This document shows, piece after piece, positions 18,686 through 29,323 of a stretch of 64,000 nucleotides of DNA. This DNA comes from Candidatus Bathyarchaeia archaeon. Its GTDB lineage: Archaea > Thermoproteota > Bathyarchaeia > Bathyarchaeales > Bathycorpusculaceae. Under the pieces are notes generated by a model that made no database searches, was not told the origin of the DNA, and worked only from the letters and a program-made list of their open reading frames with translations. Both the position numbers and the translations under genes were made by a program. The DNA lies in NCBI GenBank assembly GCA_050010515.1, contig JBEKKX010000007.1:9068-73067 (forward strand). Reading direction: 5' to 3'. The stretch's first letter is position 1. Each line of letters opens with the position of its first letter.

Positions 18686-18973
18686 TTACTTTTTGCTTAG
18701 CGTTATCTCCATCGTCGAAACCATTCTGGACTTATTCTCTCCCTCACGTGGTGGCATCTCAGCCGTTCCAATAGCGATTTTGGCAACTTTGAGCTCTTTA
18801 ATGAACCTGTTTCTTGTTATCTCAGCGACATCAACAGCGGTAGTTATGGCTTGGCCTCGAGCTTTCAAAGTGACTTCTTTCATGGTTCCTGAGGAGAAGC
18901 TTGTTATGATTGCCAGAACATAGTTCATTGGAGGTTTATTCCCGACGAAGATAACGTCTGAATTTTCAGTCAT
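18686..18973 (-). CDS. albA: DNA/RNA-binding protein Alba
   Basis: VGNKPPMNYVLA, LKARGQAITTAVDVAE and VSTMEITL motifs. Confidence 0.95.
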   Translation of the reverse strand: MTENSDVIFVGNKPPMNYVLAIITSFSSGTMKEVTLKARGQAITTAVDVAEITRNRFIKELKVAKIAIGTAEMPPREGENKSRMVSTMEITLSKK

Positions 18974-19002
18974 TTTCTTTACTCCTTTTGTGTTTGCTTT
19001 GT

Positions 19003-19048
19003 GTAACGTCACTGTTACTTGCGTTTGACTAGTAACGGAAACGTTACT
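19003..19048. promoter_or_regulatory. Tandem palindromes GTAAC-N6-GTTAC upstream of alba
   Basis: gtaacgtcactgttac (19003-19018) and agtaacggaaacgttact (19031-19048). Confidence 0.5.
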
Positions 19049-19162
19049 GCCCCACTAATACGAGTTCTTCCTAATAAGTCCATTGAAAAACCGTCTATAT
19101 GAAAAATTGTTCAACATTTGATGGCAACCTAACTGGAAAGGCTTTTTTACACCCGACCCATA

Positions 19163-19801
19163 ATGAGCTTTAACACTCAACAAGCTCAGGATGTTAACTT
19201 GCTAACTAAACTGAAGAAAAAAGTTCAGCAAATGCTAACTTCACAAGCAATAGCCGCACATAAAATAGGCTTAACTCCAAACAAAGTAAGCCTCATCGGA
19301 TTCATACTAGCTGTCGCATCAGCCGGCGCATATGCAATGGCTCCAAGGTACCAGTGGCTTCTTCTTTTGGCAACAGTTTTGCTTTTAGCGTCAGGATTCT
19401 GCGACACACTTGACGGCATCATCGCCAGAACTTTTCAGCAGGTAACAGTGTTCGGAGGCTTCTTCGATTCCGTTCTTGACAGGTATGCAGATGCAATAGT
19501 ATACGCCGCCATAATAATCGCTGGATTATGCAATCAAGTTTGGGGCTTAGCGGCTTTGGCTGGTTCAATACTGGTAAGTTATAGTAGAGCAAGAGCGGAA
19601 GCAGCAGGCATAAAAATGGAGTCAGTTGGTTTCGCTGAAAGAGCTGAACGCATGCTTATTCTAGCCGCTGTCAGCATAATCGCGTTTTTCTGGCTACCAG
19701 CCTTGGGTTATGGTATAGCCTTGTTAGCGGTGCTTTCAAACTTTACCGTTATACAAAGAGCATTTCACGTTTACAAGGAATTAAAGAAAAAAACAGTATA
19801 A
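19163..19801 (+). CDS. CDP-alcohol phosphatidyltransferase (archaetidylinositol-phosphate synthase-like)
   Basis: DTLDGIIAR...GGFFDSVLDRYAD signature; SYSRARAE. Confidence 0.9.
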   Translation: MSFNTQQAQDVNLLTKLKKKVQQMLTSQAIAAHKIGLTPNKVSLIGFILAVASAGAYAMAPRYQWLLLLATVLLLASGFCDTLDGIIARTFQQVTVFGGFFDSVLDRYADAIVYAAIIIAGLCNQVWGLAALAGSILVSYSRARAEAAGIKMESVGFAERAERMLILAAVSIIAFFWLPALGYGIALLAVLSNFTVIQRAFHVYKELKKKTV

Positions 19802-19806
19802 GCTAC

Positions 19807-20097
19807 TTAGTATCTTCTTTTGGCCCGTGAGTGACGCTCACTTTCGGCTCTAACATTAACGATTCCACGGTGAACGGCACAGGATATGCAGTAGTATTTC
19901 GTGTCCACCCACGAAGCTAGAAACGTGCCTTTCTGCCTAAGCTCCTTAGCTAACTGAGGCTCAACAAACGACACACGACGAGTATTTCTCTTTGCCTTAT
20001 CACGCGGCACCATGGCTCCACAATTAGCGCATTGAACAAGGCTGCTGCTTCCTTTGTTTCCTTTCGATCTTCCTCGGCTCTTTCGCTTAGATGGCAA
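19807..20097 (-). CDS. rps26e: 30S ribosomal protein S26e
   Basis: KRKSRGRSKG, VQCANCGAMVPRDKA and YCISCAVH motifs. Confidence 0.95.
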   Translation of the reverse strand: MPSKRKSRGRSKGNKGSSSLVQCANCGAMVPRDKAKRNTRRVSFVEPQLAKELRQKGTFLASWVDTKYYCISCAVHRGIVNVRAESERHSRAKRRY

Positions 20098-20147
20098 TTA
20101 TTTTTAACCTCTTTCTCTCTTATTTTCCAAATATGCATTAACCTATC

Positions 20148-21035
20148 TTATATATATGCTCTTAACTTTAAGATAGAAGCAATGTTAGCTTTTTTATTTA
20201 TTTGAGGGATAATTTTTCCATCAGGCGATGTCATTAAGGTTGTAACTCCCGGTCCGTGTCCTGCTGTAACACAGTTTGTGTGGATTACTACGCCTACTGA
20301 AACAGCGCCTTGGCGGTAAATTCTACCAAACGAGTGGTCCGCGTCAATAATAGCTACTAAATCGCCAATCCTTAAACTTTCAAGCCCATATTGCTCAACG
20401 ACTCCCTCATCGAACAATTGAATATCATAATCACCCGAGTTAACCTGGTTAGCTCCTAAACCTGAACCCATTATGGCTGCTGGCACAATATGCGTAACAG
20501 GCACCTCAAGTTTGTCACCCTTCGGTTCGATACTCCAAGCATCAAGCAACGCTGGATCCATATTCAAGACTTTAATTTCTTGGAAATCAACCAGTTTTAA
20601 ACCCACACCGAAAGCTTTCACCAGAATCCTATCTCCAAGCACAAGCTTCTCCAATACCTCAGAGGGAAAATCAAGCAGCACATGCTCGATTCCACCGTGT
20701 TTGCCTGTGACAGTTCCCTCAGCGCCCTTAGCGTCACCGTTAACTACGGTAGCTTTGTTTCCAACGCATGATAGCACATTGAGCGCGGTATTAGCAGCTT
20801 GACCTGAGCGGGCATCGTTTTCCTTGTTTTCAACGCTAACGCCCGGCTCCACATGGTCAGCTTCCCAACCGCATGCTGGATCGCCGACTCTTAGATTATA
20901 CGTTATGCCGCCTACTCCAGGCAAAACCAAGGGTTTCCCTGTTGCTGAGACATTGTAAACTGATCTGATTATTGGGCTGGCTATTTCACCCATGACTGAT
21001 ATTTTTATGAGTTTTTCAGCGTTTGTTCTAAACAT
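20148..21035 (-). CDS. DUF4438 family protein
   Basis: PGVGGITYN, ADHVEPGVS, GKHGGIEHV, GDYDI and AGHGPGVT motifs. Confidence 0.8.
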   Translation of the reverse strand: MFRTNAEKLIKISVMGEIASPIIRSVYNVSATGKPLVLPGVGGITYNLRVGDPACGWEADHVEPGVSVENKENDARSGQAANTALNVLSCVGNKATVVNGDAKGAEGTVTGKHGGIEHVLLDFPSEVLEKLVLGDRILVKAFGVGLKLVDFQEIKVLNMDPALLDAWSIEPKGDKLEVPVTHIVPAAIMGSGLGANQVNSGDYDIQLFDEGVVEQYGLESLRIGDLVAIIDADHSFGRIYRQGAVSVGVVIHTNCVTAGHGPGVTTLMTSPDGKIIPQINKKANIASILKLRAYI

Positions 21036-21188
21036 AAGTATTACTCATCAGGCATTTGTCCTATCTCAAAGGAGTCTAATAAAACTTTACAGAAACACTC
21101 CTTTCCGTTTAAGCAAATCTTAAATTATGCGGCTCTTTATTGTTGCAGTAAGCTAACCTCATTTAAAATTGTCAGAGGGAAATTGGCG

Positions 21189-21767
21189 ATGTCTGAAATC
21201 GGATTAAGAACAAAAATGCTAGTAAAAGACGTAATGAGCAGCCCAGTTGTAACCCTGGATGAAAATGAAGCTTCAAACAAAGTTGCATTTTTCATGGACA
21301 AGAACGATTTAGGCTGCGTAATAGTTACAAATAGCGTTGGAAATTCAATCGGCATCATTACCGAGCGAGACTTAGTGATTCGGGTTTTAGCAAAAAACCT
21401 CAAACCTGATACAGTTAAAGCCAAAGAAATCATGACAACCCCTCTGGTAACAATTGAACCTGATGCGGCAATAACTGAAGCGGCGCGCCGAATGAACAGG
21501 CTAGATATCAGACGACTCGGCGTTATTTACAAAGGCAACCTTGTCGGAATAATCTCAAGCAAAGACATCCTTGGCGTAATGCCTGAACTGATAGAAATAA
21601 TCCAAGAAAGATCACGCATTGAAGATGCAAACCGAACTGAAGAAACCGAAGAGGCACCTGTGTCAGGATACTGCGACCGCTGCAACACCTATTCTGAAAG
21701 CCTTAAGGAAAGAAACGGACAAAACATCTGCGACGAATGTCGAATAGAACTAGAGCAAGAAAAATAA
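21189..21767 (+). CDS. CBS-domain protein with C-terminal zinc ribbon
   Basis: Two CBS repeats (VKDVMSSP, GIITERD); GYCDRC...ICDEC. Confidence 0.9.
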   Translation: MSEIGLRTKMLVKDVMSSPVVTLDENEASNKVAFFMDKNDLGCVIVTNSVGNSIGIITERDLVIRVLAKNLKPDTVKAKEIMTTPLVTIEPDAAITEAARRMNRLDIRRLGVIYKGNLVGIISSKDILGVMPELIEIIQERSRIEDANRTEETEEAPVSGYCDRCNTYSESLKERNGQNICDECRIELEQEK

Positions 21768-22041
21768 TATTTTCTTTTTAAGCTTGTTCTTTCCATAAAT
21801 CGATGAACACGAAATTTTAGCTTTATTCAATACGTTTTAAATAGCTTTGAGTTGTTCCCCTAAGCAAACTTCTTTGATCATATTTGAAATTGGTTCTCAG
21901 GCAGGTGAGAACTTCTCCAACAGAACCTATCTGGGCGATAAAATCGCTTCTTAAACACCAACCTAAACTGTCATTGCGTGGCACTAAAAATAAACTTTAA
22001 TTAGCAAACCACTCGCTATTCACTGTAGACCGTGAACTGAT

Positions 22042-23391
22042 TTGATTGTTGATTCTGTCCTAACAAACGCCAAAGCCTACCTCAACGACCAAATTGTCGA
22101 TTGCAGCATAGCCATTGAAGAAGGCAAAATCTTCAAAATTGGCAAAGAAACTCAAATGCCAACCGCTGACCAAAAAACTAATCTAAAAAATCTTCTAGTC
22201 CTGCCAGGCTTGATAGATGAGCATGTTCACCTGCGGGACGAGGGAAAAGCGTACAAAGAAGACTTCCAAACAGGAACAGCCGCCGCAGCCGCTGGGGGCT
22301 TCACCACAGTCTTAGACATGCCTAACAACGAACCAGTAACAATGAGCCTGGAAACTTTAAGGAACCGCATGGCAATCGCCGAAAGAAAAGTTCTCGTTAA
22401 CGTAGGATTCTATTCTGAATTTCCAAAAAAATTGGCCGAAGCAAAAGGCATCATTTCCGAAGGGGCAGTAGGCTTCAAGCTTTTCATGGGTTGCCAAATC
22501 GGCGGATTAAACATAGATGACGACCAAGCCTTACATGACGCATTCAAAGAAGTCGCCGAGGTGAACGTGCCACTGGCGGTGCATGCTGAAGACAAAGCAT
22601 TGCTTACAAAAAACGAAGGGAACCTTAAGCAAGCCAAAAAAAGCAACACTGCCGCTTTTCAAGAGGCACATTCAGAAACAGTTGAACTAAAAGCCATCGA
22701 ACGCCTACTAAAAATAAGTGCGCAAACTGATGTGCGGTTGCATTTTTGTCATGTTTCAACTGAAGAGGGCTTAAACGCCATTGTTGAAGCAAAAAAATCT
22801 GGAAGAAAAGTAACATGTGAAGTTACCCCTAACCACCTATTATTATCAACTGCTGATTTGGAACATTACGGGCAATTGCTGATTATGACGCCCCCGCTTC
22901 GCAGCAAAAATCATGTTGAAGCGTTATGGAAAGGTTTGGAAGCAGGTTGGATTGATGCTTTAGGTTCAGACCATGCGCCGCATGCTTTAAGCGAGAAGTC
23001 CGCAAGCAGCGTTTGGAATGTTAAAGTTGGCGTGCCCGGTCTAGAAACCACATTGCCCCTTATTTTGATGCTTGTAAAGAAGAATCGGTTGTCCTTAGCT
23101 CAAGCGGTTCAGCTTCTAGCGGAGAAACCAGCAGAGATTTACCGTTTGAATGACCGTGGTCACTTGGAGCAGGGAAAGAATGCAGATTTAACTGTAGTAG
23201 ATTTTAACCGCAAATTCAAAATTGATGCTTCAAAATTCAAGTCCAAAGCGAAATATTCCCCGTATGACGGGTGGGAAGTTCAAGGTAAGCCAGTAAAGAC
23301 CTTTGTTAACGGATTGTTAGTTTTCGATGAGGAGGGGGAAATAGTTGCTAAAGCGGGTAGCGGCTCAATTGTTCGGAGAGGCAACGTGTGA
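22042..23391 (+). CDS. pyrC: Dihydroorotase (cyclic amidohydrolase)
   Basis: PGLIDEHVHLR, DMPN, VHAED, CEVTPNHL and GSDHAPH motifs. Confidence 0.85.
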   Translation: MIVDSVLTNAKAYLNDQIVDCSIAIEEGKIFKIGKETQMPTADQKTNLKNLLVLPGLIDEHVHLRDEGKAYKEDFQTGTAAAAAGGFTTVLDMPNNEPVTMSLETLRNRMAIAERKVLVNVGFYSEFPKKLAEAKGIISEGAVGFKLFMGCQIGGLNIDDDQALHDAFKEVAEVNVPLAVHAEDKALLTKNEGNLKQAKKSNTAAFQEAHSETVELKAIERLLKISAQTDVRLHFCHVSTEEGLNAIVEAKKSGRKVTCEVTPNHLLLSTADLEHYGQLLIMTPPLRSKNHVEALWKGLEAGWIDALGSDHAPHALSEKSASSVWNVKVGVPGLETTLPLILMLVKKNRLSLAQAVQLLAEKPAEIYRLNDRGHLEQGKNADLTVVDFNRKFKIDASKFKSKAKYSPYDGWEVQGKPVKTFVNGLLVFDEEGEIVAKAGSGSIVRRGNV

Positions 23392-23876
23392 AGTTCATAG
23401 TGGATGCTATGCTGGGAAAACTGGCACGTTGGCTACGTATGTTGGGCCACGACGTCATATACTCCACTCAGCTGAGTGATTCTGGGCTTCTTGAACTGGC
23501 AAAAAAGGAAAACCGCGTTTTATTAACTAAAGATTTAGAGCTTTACCAACGTGCCATCGCCAAAGGCATAGATGCCCTCTACCTTGAAGGCAAATCGGAA
23601 TCCGAACGGCTGGCAGAAGTTGCCAAGCGATACAGCTTAACATTGGAGATAGATATGGAAAAGTCCCATTGTCCAGTATGCAACACAAAACTTAAGGCTA
23701 CGCCAAAAGAGCAACTTTCAGGTGAACTAGAGAAAAACACGTTCACTTATTACGATAAGTTTTGGAAATGCCCAAATTGCGGGCAAGTCTACTGGCAAGG
23801 AGCACACTGGAAACAAATCAGCAATACCCTTAAAGAAGCGCAAGCAAAACTGGAAAAATTAAAAGAAAAAAATTGA
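23388..23876 (+). CDS. Mut7-C RNase (PIN-like) domain protein
   Basis: FIVDAMLGKLARWLRMLG, CPVCN and CPNCGQVYWQGAH motifs. Confidence 0.9.
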   Translation: MKFIVDAMLGKLARWLRMLGHDVIYSTQLSDSGLLELAKKENRVLLTKDLELYQRAIAKGIDALYLEGKSESERLAEVAKRYSLTLEIDMEKSHCPVCNTKLKATPKEQLSGELEKNTFTYYDKFWKCPNCGQVYWQGAHWKQISNTLKEAQAKLEKLKEKN

Positions 23877-23885
23877 AGCTTAAGT

Positions 23886-24128
23886 TTAAGTTAGCCATTT
23901 TAATGGAATATCTTGATAAGTTCCGTCTGGCAATGTCCTTCTGATAGTTATCGGTAGTATTCTAGCCTCAAGTTCTTTTAGAGCGATGTCAATCGGGTTT
24001 GTATTTTCACTTGCATCCACCAAAATCGGTGCTCCCATCGAGATTTGAAGCGCTCTAGCTCCAACTATTCTTGCTTTCTCAAAGCGAGTAAGTTTTGGTG
24101 GTCCAACAGTTATTTTTTGTTCTGACGT
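23886..24128 (-). CDS. rpoK: DNA-directed RNA polymerase subunit K (Rpo6); apparent ACG start; absent from ORF track
   Basis: Manual translation ...[26 protein letters not shown]...[12 protein letters not shown]; no ATG/GTG/TTG upstream of the conserved core. Confidence 0.9.
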   Translation of the reverse strand, partial: TSEQKITVGPPKLTRFEKARIVGARALQISMGAPILVDASENTNPIDIALKELEARILPITIRRTLPDGTYQDIPLKWLT

Positions 24129-24131
24129 ATT

Positions 24132-25814
24132 TTAATACTCTCCAGCGCCTGGATATCCGCCCATACCGCCCATACCGCCCATGCCACCCATGCCGCCTCT
24201 TGGTGGAGTTGGTGGTCCCTTCATTTTGCCAGAGGCAATAACATCGTCAATTTTGAGTATCATGGATGCTGCTTCGGTTGCTGATTTGATTATTTGTTTT
24301 TTGACTGAGAGCGGTTCAAAAATGTTTACTTTTGACATATCCTGGATTTTTCCTTCTAGGACTTCTATGCCAGCCCAGGTTTCTCCTTTTTCGTGCCTAG
24401 CTCGTAATTCTGAAAGTATGTCGATTGGGTCTAAGCCAGCGTTTTCAGCAAGCGTTACAGCTATCGATTCGAGGGCTTCTGCGAATACTCTGACTGCAAG
24501 TTGCTCTCTTCCAGGCATGGTTTCAGCATATTTTCTGAGTGCACTTGCCATTTCAAGTTCTGGAGCACTTCCTCCAGCCACGATTTTTGGCTCTTGGATT
24601 AGGTCTCTGATAACGCAGAGTGCATCGTGGATCGAGCGTTCTGCCTCTGCAGCCATACGTTGAGTTCCAGCCCTAATCAAGATGGTGACTGCTTTGGGGT
24701 TCTTGCAGCCTTCAATGAAAGTCATCTTGTCGTCGCCAATTCTGCGCTCTTCCACTAAAGCAGCATACCCGAGGTCTGATGGAGAAATGTCATCCAAGCT
24801 AGATACTATTTTTCCGCCCGCGGCTTTTGCAAGTTTTTCCATATCGGATTTTTTGGCTCTTCTAATGGCGATTATTCCTTTTCTGGCAAGGAAATGCTGA
24901 GCCATGTCATCTATGCCTTTTTGGCAGACGACTACGTTTGCGCCTGAAGCTAAAATTTTGTTAGTCATGTCTTTTAGCATAGTTTCTTCTTGCTTGAGGA
25001 ACGCTTCAATCTGGTCAGGGCTTTCAATGTTTATTTTAGCGTCTAACTCGGGTTTTTCAATCTCTAACGAAGTATCGATTAATGCAATTTTTGCGTTCTC
25101 TACTCGCTTGGGCATTCCTGAGTGGACAATTTCTTTGTCTAAAACTATGCCGTTTATTAGGGTGGTGTCTATGAGGGATTCGCCTGTTTTCTTTTCAACT
25201 TTTACGTCGTCAACATCTGCCTTGTAGACTCCGTCGTGTTTTTCGGCGACTGCCAGCATTGCCTTAACAGCTAAATCCGCTAAGTAATCTTTGTATTCAG
25301 CAACGATTTTGCTTCCCATCGATGTTGTTGCAGCCTTCTTCAGGTAGTCCTGAGATTTCAGGTCTACGGGTATAGCTATTTTTTCAAGGGTTTCTAGCGC
25401 TTTTTCAGCTGCCATCCTATAACCATCAATTATGATTGTTGGGTGAATATTTTTGTCAATTAATTCTTCTGCTCTGTTGAGAAGTTCGCCTGCAATTATA
25501 ACTGCAGACGTTGTTCCATCGCCAGCTTCGTTGTCTTGTGTCTTTGCAACTTCCACCATCATTTTGGCTGCTGGATGCTGAATATCCATCTCATCTAAGA
25601 TGGTTCGGCCATCGCTTGTTATTGTGGTGTCTCCGAAGCTGTCAACTAACATTTTATCCATGCCTTTTGGGCCTAAAGAGCTTCGGATACTTTCAGCTAC
25701 AACTTTAACGGCAGTTATGTTTCCGTGTTGTGCTTCTCTTCCACGGGACCTGTTTGAACCTTCTTTCAAAACGAGAACAGGTATTCCTCCCGCTTGTGTT
25801 GGAAATGATGACAA
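24132..25814 (-). CDS. ths: Thermosome subunit (group II chaperonin)
   Basis: [19 protein letters not shown] and ILKIDDVI motifs; C-terminal GGM repeats. Confidence 0.97.
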   Translation of the reverse strand: MSSFPTQAGGIPVLVLKEGSNRSRGREAQHGNITAVKVVAESIRSSLGPKGMDKMLVDSFGDTTITSDGRTILDEMDIQHPAAKMMVEVAKTQDNEAGDGTTSAVIIAGELLNRAEELIDKNIHPTIIIDGYRMAAEKALETLEKIAIPVDLKSQDYLKKAATTSMGSKIVAEYKDYLADLAVKAMLAVAEKHDGVYKADVDDVKVEKKTGESLIDTTLINGIVLDKEIVHSGMPKRVENAKIALIDTSLEIEKPELDAKINIESPDQIEAFLKQEETMLKDMTNKILASGANVVVCQKGIDDMAQHFLARKGIIAIRRAKKSDMEKLAKAAGGKIVSSLDDISPSDLGYAALVEERRIGDDKMTFIEGCKNPKAVTILIRAGTQRMAAEAERSIHDALCVIRDLIQEPKIVAGGSAPELEMASALRKYAETMPGREQLAVRVFAEALESIAVTLAENAGLDPIDILSELRARHEKGETWAGIEVLEGKIQDMSKVNIFEPLSVKKQIIKSATEAASMILKIDDVIASGKMKGPPTPPRGGMGGMGGMGGMGGYPGAGEY

Positions 25815-25966
25815 ATCAAGTAATCTCCTTTAATGCGAACAACAACAAAATGTTACTAGCCATATAAGTTTTTCTAGTCAGTGCATAATTAATACTGCTT
25901 AGGCTAGCGTTTTTTGCATCATTTATTCTGTTTTTATAGTTTTCTTTGTTTCATTTTTGCCTGAGG

Positions 25967-26470
25967 TTAGTAGACTGAAACTTTGGCTATTCCGGGTATT
26001 TTCAGTATTTCAGGGATTAGTTCTCCTGGGATTTTTTTCTCAACTATCAAAGTGAGTTTTGGTTCCGGTGAGAGTTCTGGGTCATCTACGATAGCTTGCC
26101 TGATGCTTAATCCTGCCCTGTTGAGAATCATGGCTGCGTTGGATAAGATTCCTGGCGATTTTGCGTTTACAGGGGTTATTTCTAAGACTCCGAGGTTGAT
26201 GTGTTTGGCGATTTCTTTTAGTGAATGCCCTGCTGGACGTATTTCTTCAAAAATCAATTTGAGTTCTGGGCTGGCTTTGATTGTGTTTAATGTTTCGTTT
26301 ACTGTTCGTCGGTCTACTCCGGCGGCTCTTGCTATGCGTACTGGTGGGATTTCGATTTGGTTTAGGTGTATTTTGTTGTCTTGGATGCTTAATCCGTTTT
26401 CTATTAAGACGCGTGCTACTTTGAGTCGTTCAGGGTATTGTTGCAGTTGAGTTTTTATGTTGTTCCACAT
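25967..26470 (-). CDS. trpY: TrpY-like regulator of amino-acid metabolism (HTH + ACT, COG2150)
   Basis: IARAAGVDRRTV HTH, PGIL...SIRQA ACT domain; divergent from trpB2 with TGTACA boxes between them. Confidence 0.75.
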   Translation of the reverse strand: MWNNIKTQLQQYPERLKVARVLIENGLSIQDNKIHLNQIEIPPVRIARAAGVDRRTVNETLNTIKASPELKLIFEEIRPAGHSLKEIAKHINLGVLEITPVNAKSPGILSNAAMILNRAGLSIRQAIVDDPELSPEPKLTLIVEKKIPGELIPEILKIPGIAKVSVY

Positions 26471-26539
26471 TTTCTTTCGCTTTTGTATGTTTTTGTTCGT
26501 CTAAGTATAAATGTGTTGTTTAATGGTCACGGTGTTTGA

Positions 26540-26585
26540 TGGACAAATCTGTACACAAAAGCCTTAAATAAAACTTAAACGTACA
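26540..26585. promoter_or_regulatory. TRP boxes (TGTACA consensus)
   Basis: TGGACA-N4-TGTACA at 26540-26555 and CGTACA at 26580-26585, flanking a ccttaaata TATA box. Confidence 0.6.
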
Positions 26586-26618
26586 TTTCATAGCTTTAAA
26601 GATAAAAAGGCGAAAGAA

Positions 26619-28031
26619 ATGCCAAATAGAAAAATCTTACTTAAAGAAGATGATATACCAAAGCAGTGGTATAACATAGTTCCCGACTTGCCTAGGCCGC
26701 TCCCACCATTCATTGATGCAGCAACAAAACAGCCAGGAGTCGGAATTGTCCCACGAATATTCCCAAAAGCAATTATCGGTCAAGAAATAAGCCAAGAACG
26801 ATGGATAGACATACCTGAAGAAGTCCGAGAAGTCTACAGAATGTGGAGACCATCACCACTTTTCAGAGCTATCGGTCTAGAAAAAGCACTAAAAACGCCA
26901 GCAAAAATCTACTACAAATACGAAGGTGTGAGCCCTGCTGGAAGCCACAAACCAAACACTGCCGTACCCCAAGCATACTACAACATGAAAGAAGGCACAA
27001 AACGCCTATCAACAGAAACAGGCGCAGGCCAATGGGGATCAGCCTTAGCATTTGCAGCCATGATATTCGGGCTCAAAGCTACAGTTTACATGGTTCGTGC
27101 AAGTTATGACCAGAAACCCTACCGAAAGATGATGATGAACGCATTCGGCGCAGAATGTTTTGCTAGCCCAAGTAGCAGAACAGAGGCGGGAAGAAAAATC
27201 CTCGCTGAAGACCCAGACAACAAGGGCAGCCTCGGCATAGCTATCAGCGAAGCCGTCGAAGACGCTCTCGTCAACGAGGAAGAAACCAACTATGCCATAG
27301 GCAGCGTCTTCAACCACGTATGCTTACACCAGACAGTTGAAGGATTAGAAGCAAAAAAACAACTTGAAATGGTTGACGATTATCCTGATGTGGTTTACGG
27401 TTGTATAGGCGGAGGCAGCAGCTACTCCGGACTTATGTGGCCCTTCTACCACGACAAGGTCGCCAAGAAAGCACCTAAAGAAACCAAATTCGTCGCCACC
27501 GAAGCCACCGCATGCCCCAAAGTCACCAAGGGATGGTACCAGTATGACCACGGCGACACCGCAAAACTAACACCGCTGGTTCCCATGCACACTATAGGTC
27601 ACGACTTCATTCCAGCGCCCATACATGCAGGCGGGCTCCGCTACCACGGCATCGCCCCAACCATAAGCGTGCTTGTTCAAGAAAAGCAAATGACAACAGA
27701 AGCATTCAACCAGCTAGAAGTCTTTGATGCAGCTAAACTTTTCATTCAAACAGAAGGCATCATCCCAGCGCCCGAGCCATCACACGCAATCAAAGGCGCC
27801 ATTGACGAAGCTCTACGATGTAAAAAGACAGGTGAAGCAAAAACCATCCTGTTCGTGCTCTGTGGACACGGCTACTTTGACATGGCGGCGTACGACGAAT
27901 ACTTCAGCGGCAAACTGCAACCATACGAGTACCCGACTGAGAAAGTCGAGGAATCAATGAAGAAACTGCACAAGCTGTACCCGTGGCTAGACGAGGTTAA
28001 CAAGAAATACATAAGCTGCGAACCACTCTAA
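26619..28031 (+). CDS. trpB2: TrpB2 (tryptophan synthase beta, type 2)
   Basis: [37 protein letters not shown] and CGHGYFD motifs. Confidence 0.93.
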   Translation: MPNRKILLKEDDIPKQWYNIVPDLPRPLPPFIDAATKQPGVGIVPRIFPKAIIGQEISQERWIDIPEEVREVYRMWRPSPLFRAIGLEKALKTPAKIYYKYEGVSPAGSHKPNTAVPQAYYNMKEGTKRLSTETGAGQWGSALAFAAMIFGLKATVYMVRASYDQKPYRKMMMNAFGAECFASPSSRTEAGRKILAEDPDNKGSLGIAISEAVEDALVNEEETNYAIGSVFNHVCLHQTVEGLEAKKQLEMVDDYPDVVYGCIGGGSSYSGLMWPFYHDKVAKKAPKETKFVATEATACPKVTKGWYQYDHGDTAKLTPLVPMHTIGHDFIPAPIHAGGLRYHGIAPTISVLVQEKQMTTEAFNQLEVFDAAKLFIQTEGIIPAPEPSHAIKGAIDEALRCKKTGEAKTILFVLCGHGYFDMAAYDEYFSGKLQPYEYPTEKVEESMKKLHKLYPWLDEVNKKYISCEPL

Positions 28032-28111
28032 ATCACATTCCCTCGTTTTCCCTTATTCTTTTATTCTTCTTTTTATCTTAGCTAGCTTAATACTAACTTA
28101 GGTTATTCTTA

Positions 28112-29248
28112 TTGAACGCTCCTGAAAAAACTCTGCCAACAAAAACAATTGGATTCATCGTAAACCCTATTGCTGGAATGGGCGGAGCCGTCGGATTAAA
28201 AGGAACAGACGGCAAAACTATCCTAAACAAAGCTATATCTTTGGGCGCTAAACCCATAGCGTCACAAAGAGCGGAAACGTTCCTCTCAGAACTGTATCCA
28301 GCAAACAAAAGCCTACGCCTAATTGTTGGCGCTGGCAACATGGGTGAAGCTGAAGCTAAAAAATGTGGGTTCAAATTTGAGGTTAGGGGCGAAAGCAAAA
28401 GCGAGACCACTTCGCAAGATACGCAAAATATCGCTAAAGAAATGGCGAAGGCTGGTGTTGATTTGCTTGTTTTCTGTGGCGGCGACGGAACAACCCGCGA
28501 CATACTAAACGCCGTTGGCTTGAAGGTTCCTGTGCTTGGGGTTCCAACAGGTGTCAAAATGCATAGCGCTATTTTTGCCGTAACTCCTCAAGCAGCCGCA
28601 AGAGTAGCCGTCCAGTACCTGTGGGGTGGATTGCCGCTGCGAGAAGCGGAAGTTATGGATGTGGATGAGCAAGCCTTCAGGGAAGGTCGCCTTTCTGCCG
28701 AACTTTACGGATACATGCTCAGCCCATTTGAACCTCACTTGATTCAGGGGAACAAACTTGAAAGCCCAATGACTGAGAATGAAGTGCGCAATCAAGCGGC
28801 AATAGCAATTTACTTCATTGAAGAAATGAAACCAGACATCATTTACATTATAGGTCCAGGAACAACCACTCGCACAATCGGTGATCTTTTAGACCAGAAA
28901 AAAACGTTGTTAGGAGTAGACCTCTTTCAAGGCAAGAGAATAATTGCAAGCGACGCAAACGAAAAACAAATATTGGAAGCCACAAAAGGACAAGCTGCTA
29001 GGATAATTGTGACGCCGATTGGGGGGCAAGGCTTCATTTTTGGCAGAGGAAACCAGCAGATAAGCTCCAAAGTAATCCGTCAAGTAGGCTTAGACAACAT
29101 TGTTGTGGTTGCGACTAAAAGCAAATTAGACAGGTTGAAAAGTTTAAGGGTTGATACTGGCGACCTAGAGCTGGATAAAGATCTTAGAGCACATGAAATC
29201 AACGTCGTAATCGACTACAAAAGCATACAAAAAATGGCTGTTGAATAA
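28112..29248 (+). CDS. ATP/polyphosphate NAD kinase family protein
   Basis: NPIAGMGGAVGLKGTDG, GGDGTTRD and GGQGFIFGRGNQQ motifs. Confidence 0.88.
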   Translation: MNAPEKTLPTKTIGFIVNPIAGMGGAVGLKGTDGKTILNKAISLGAKPIASQRAETFLSELYPANKSLRLIVGAGNMGEAEAKKCGFKFEVRGESKSETTSQDTQNIAKEMAKAGVDLLVFCGGDGTTRDILNAVGLKVPVLGVPTGVKMHSAIFAVTPQAAARVAVQYLWGGLPLREAEVMDVDEQAFREGRLSAELYGYMLSPFEPHLIQGNKLESPMTENEVRNQAAIAIYFIEEMKPDIIYIIGPGTTTRTIGDLLDQKKTLLGVDLFQGKRIIASDANEKQILEATKGQAARIIVTPIGGQGFIFGRGNQQISSKVIRQVGLDNIVVVATKSKLDRLKSLRVDTGDLELDKDLRAHEINVVIDYKSIQKMAVE

Positions 29249-29323
29249 TCGTATTACTATTAATAGTCGGAAAAAATGAAATAGTAGCACGTGACCAGTA
29301 TCCTAACAAAATGAGGCTAAAAA

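Noticed and set aside
24156-24195. 9-bp tandem repeat ccgcccata
   Set aside because: Encodes the ordinary GGM tail of the thermosome.
23886-25814. Thermosome-RpoK readthrough fusion (same frame, single TAA)
   Set aside because: Both proteins are complete stand-alone subunits; reinitiation or a base error is simpler.
26529-26546. acggtg half-site upstream of trpB2
   Set aside because: The right arm is absent (ggacaa), so it is treated as a chance match.
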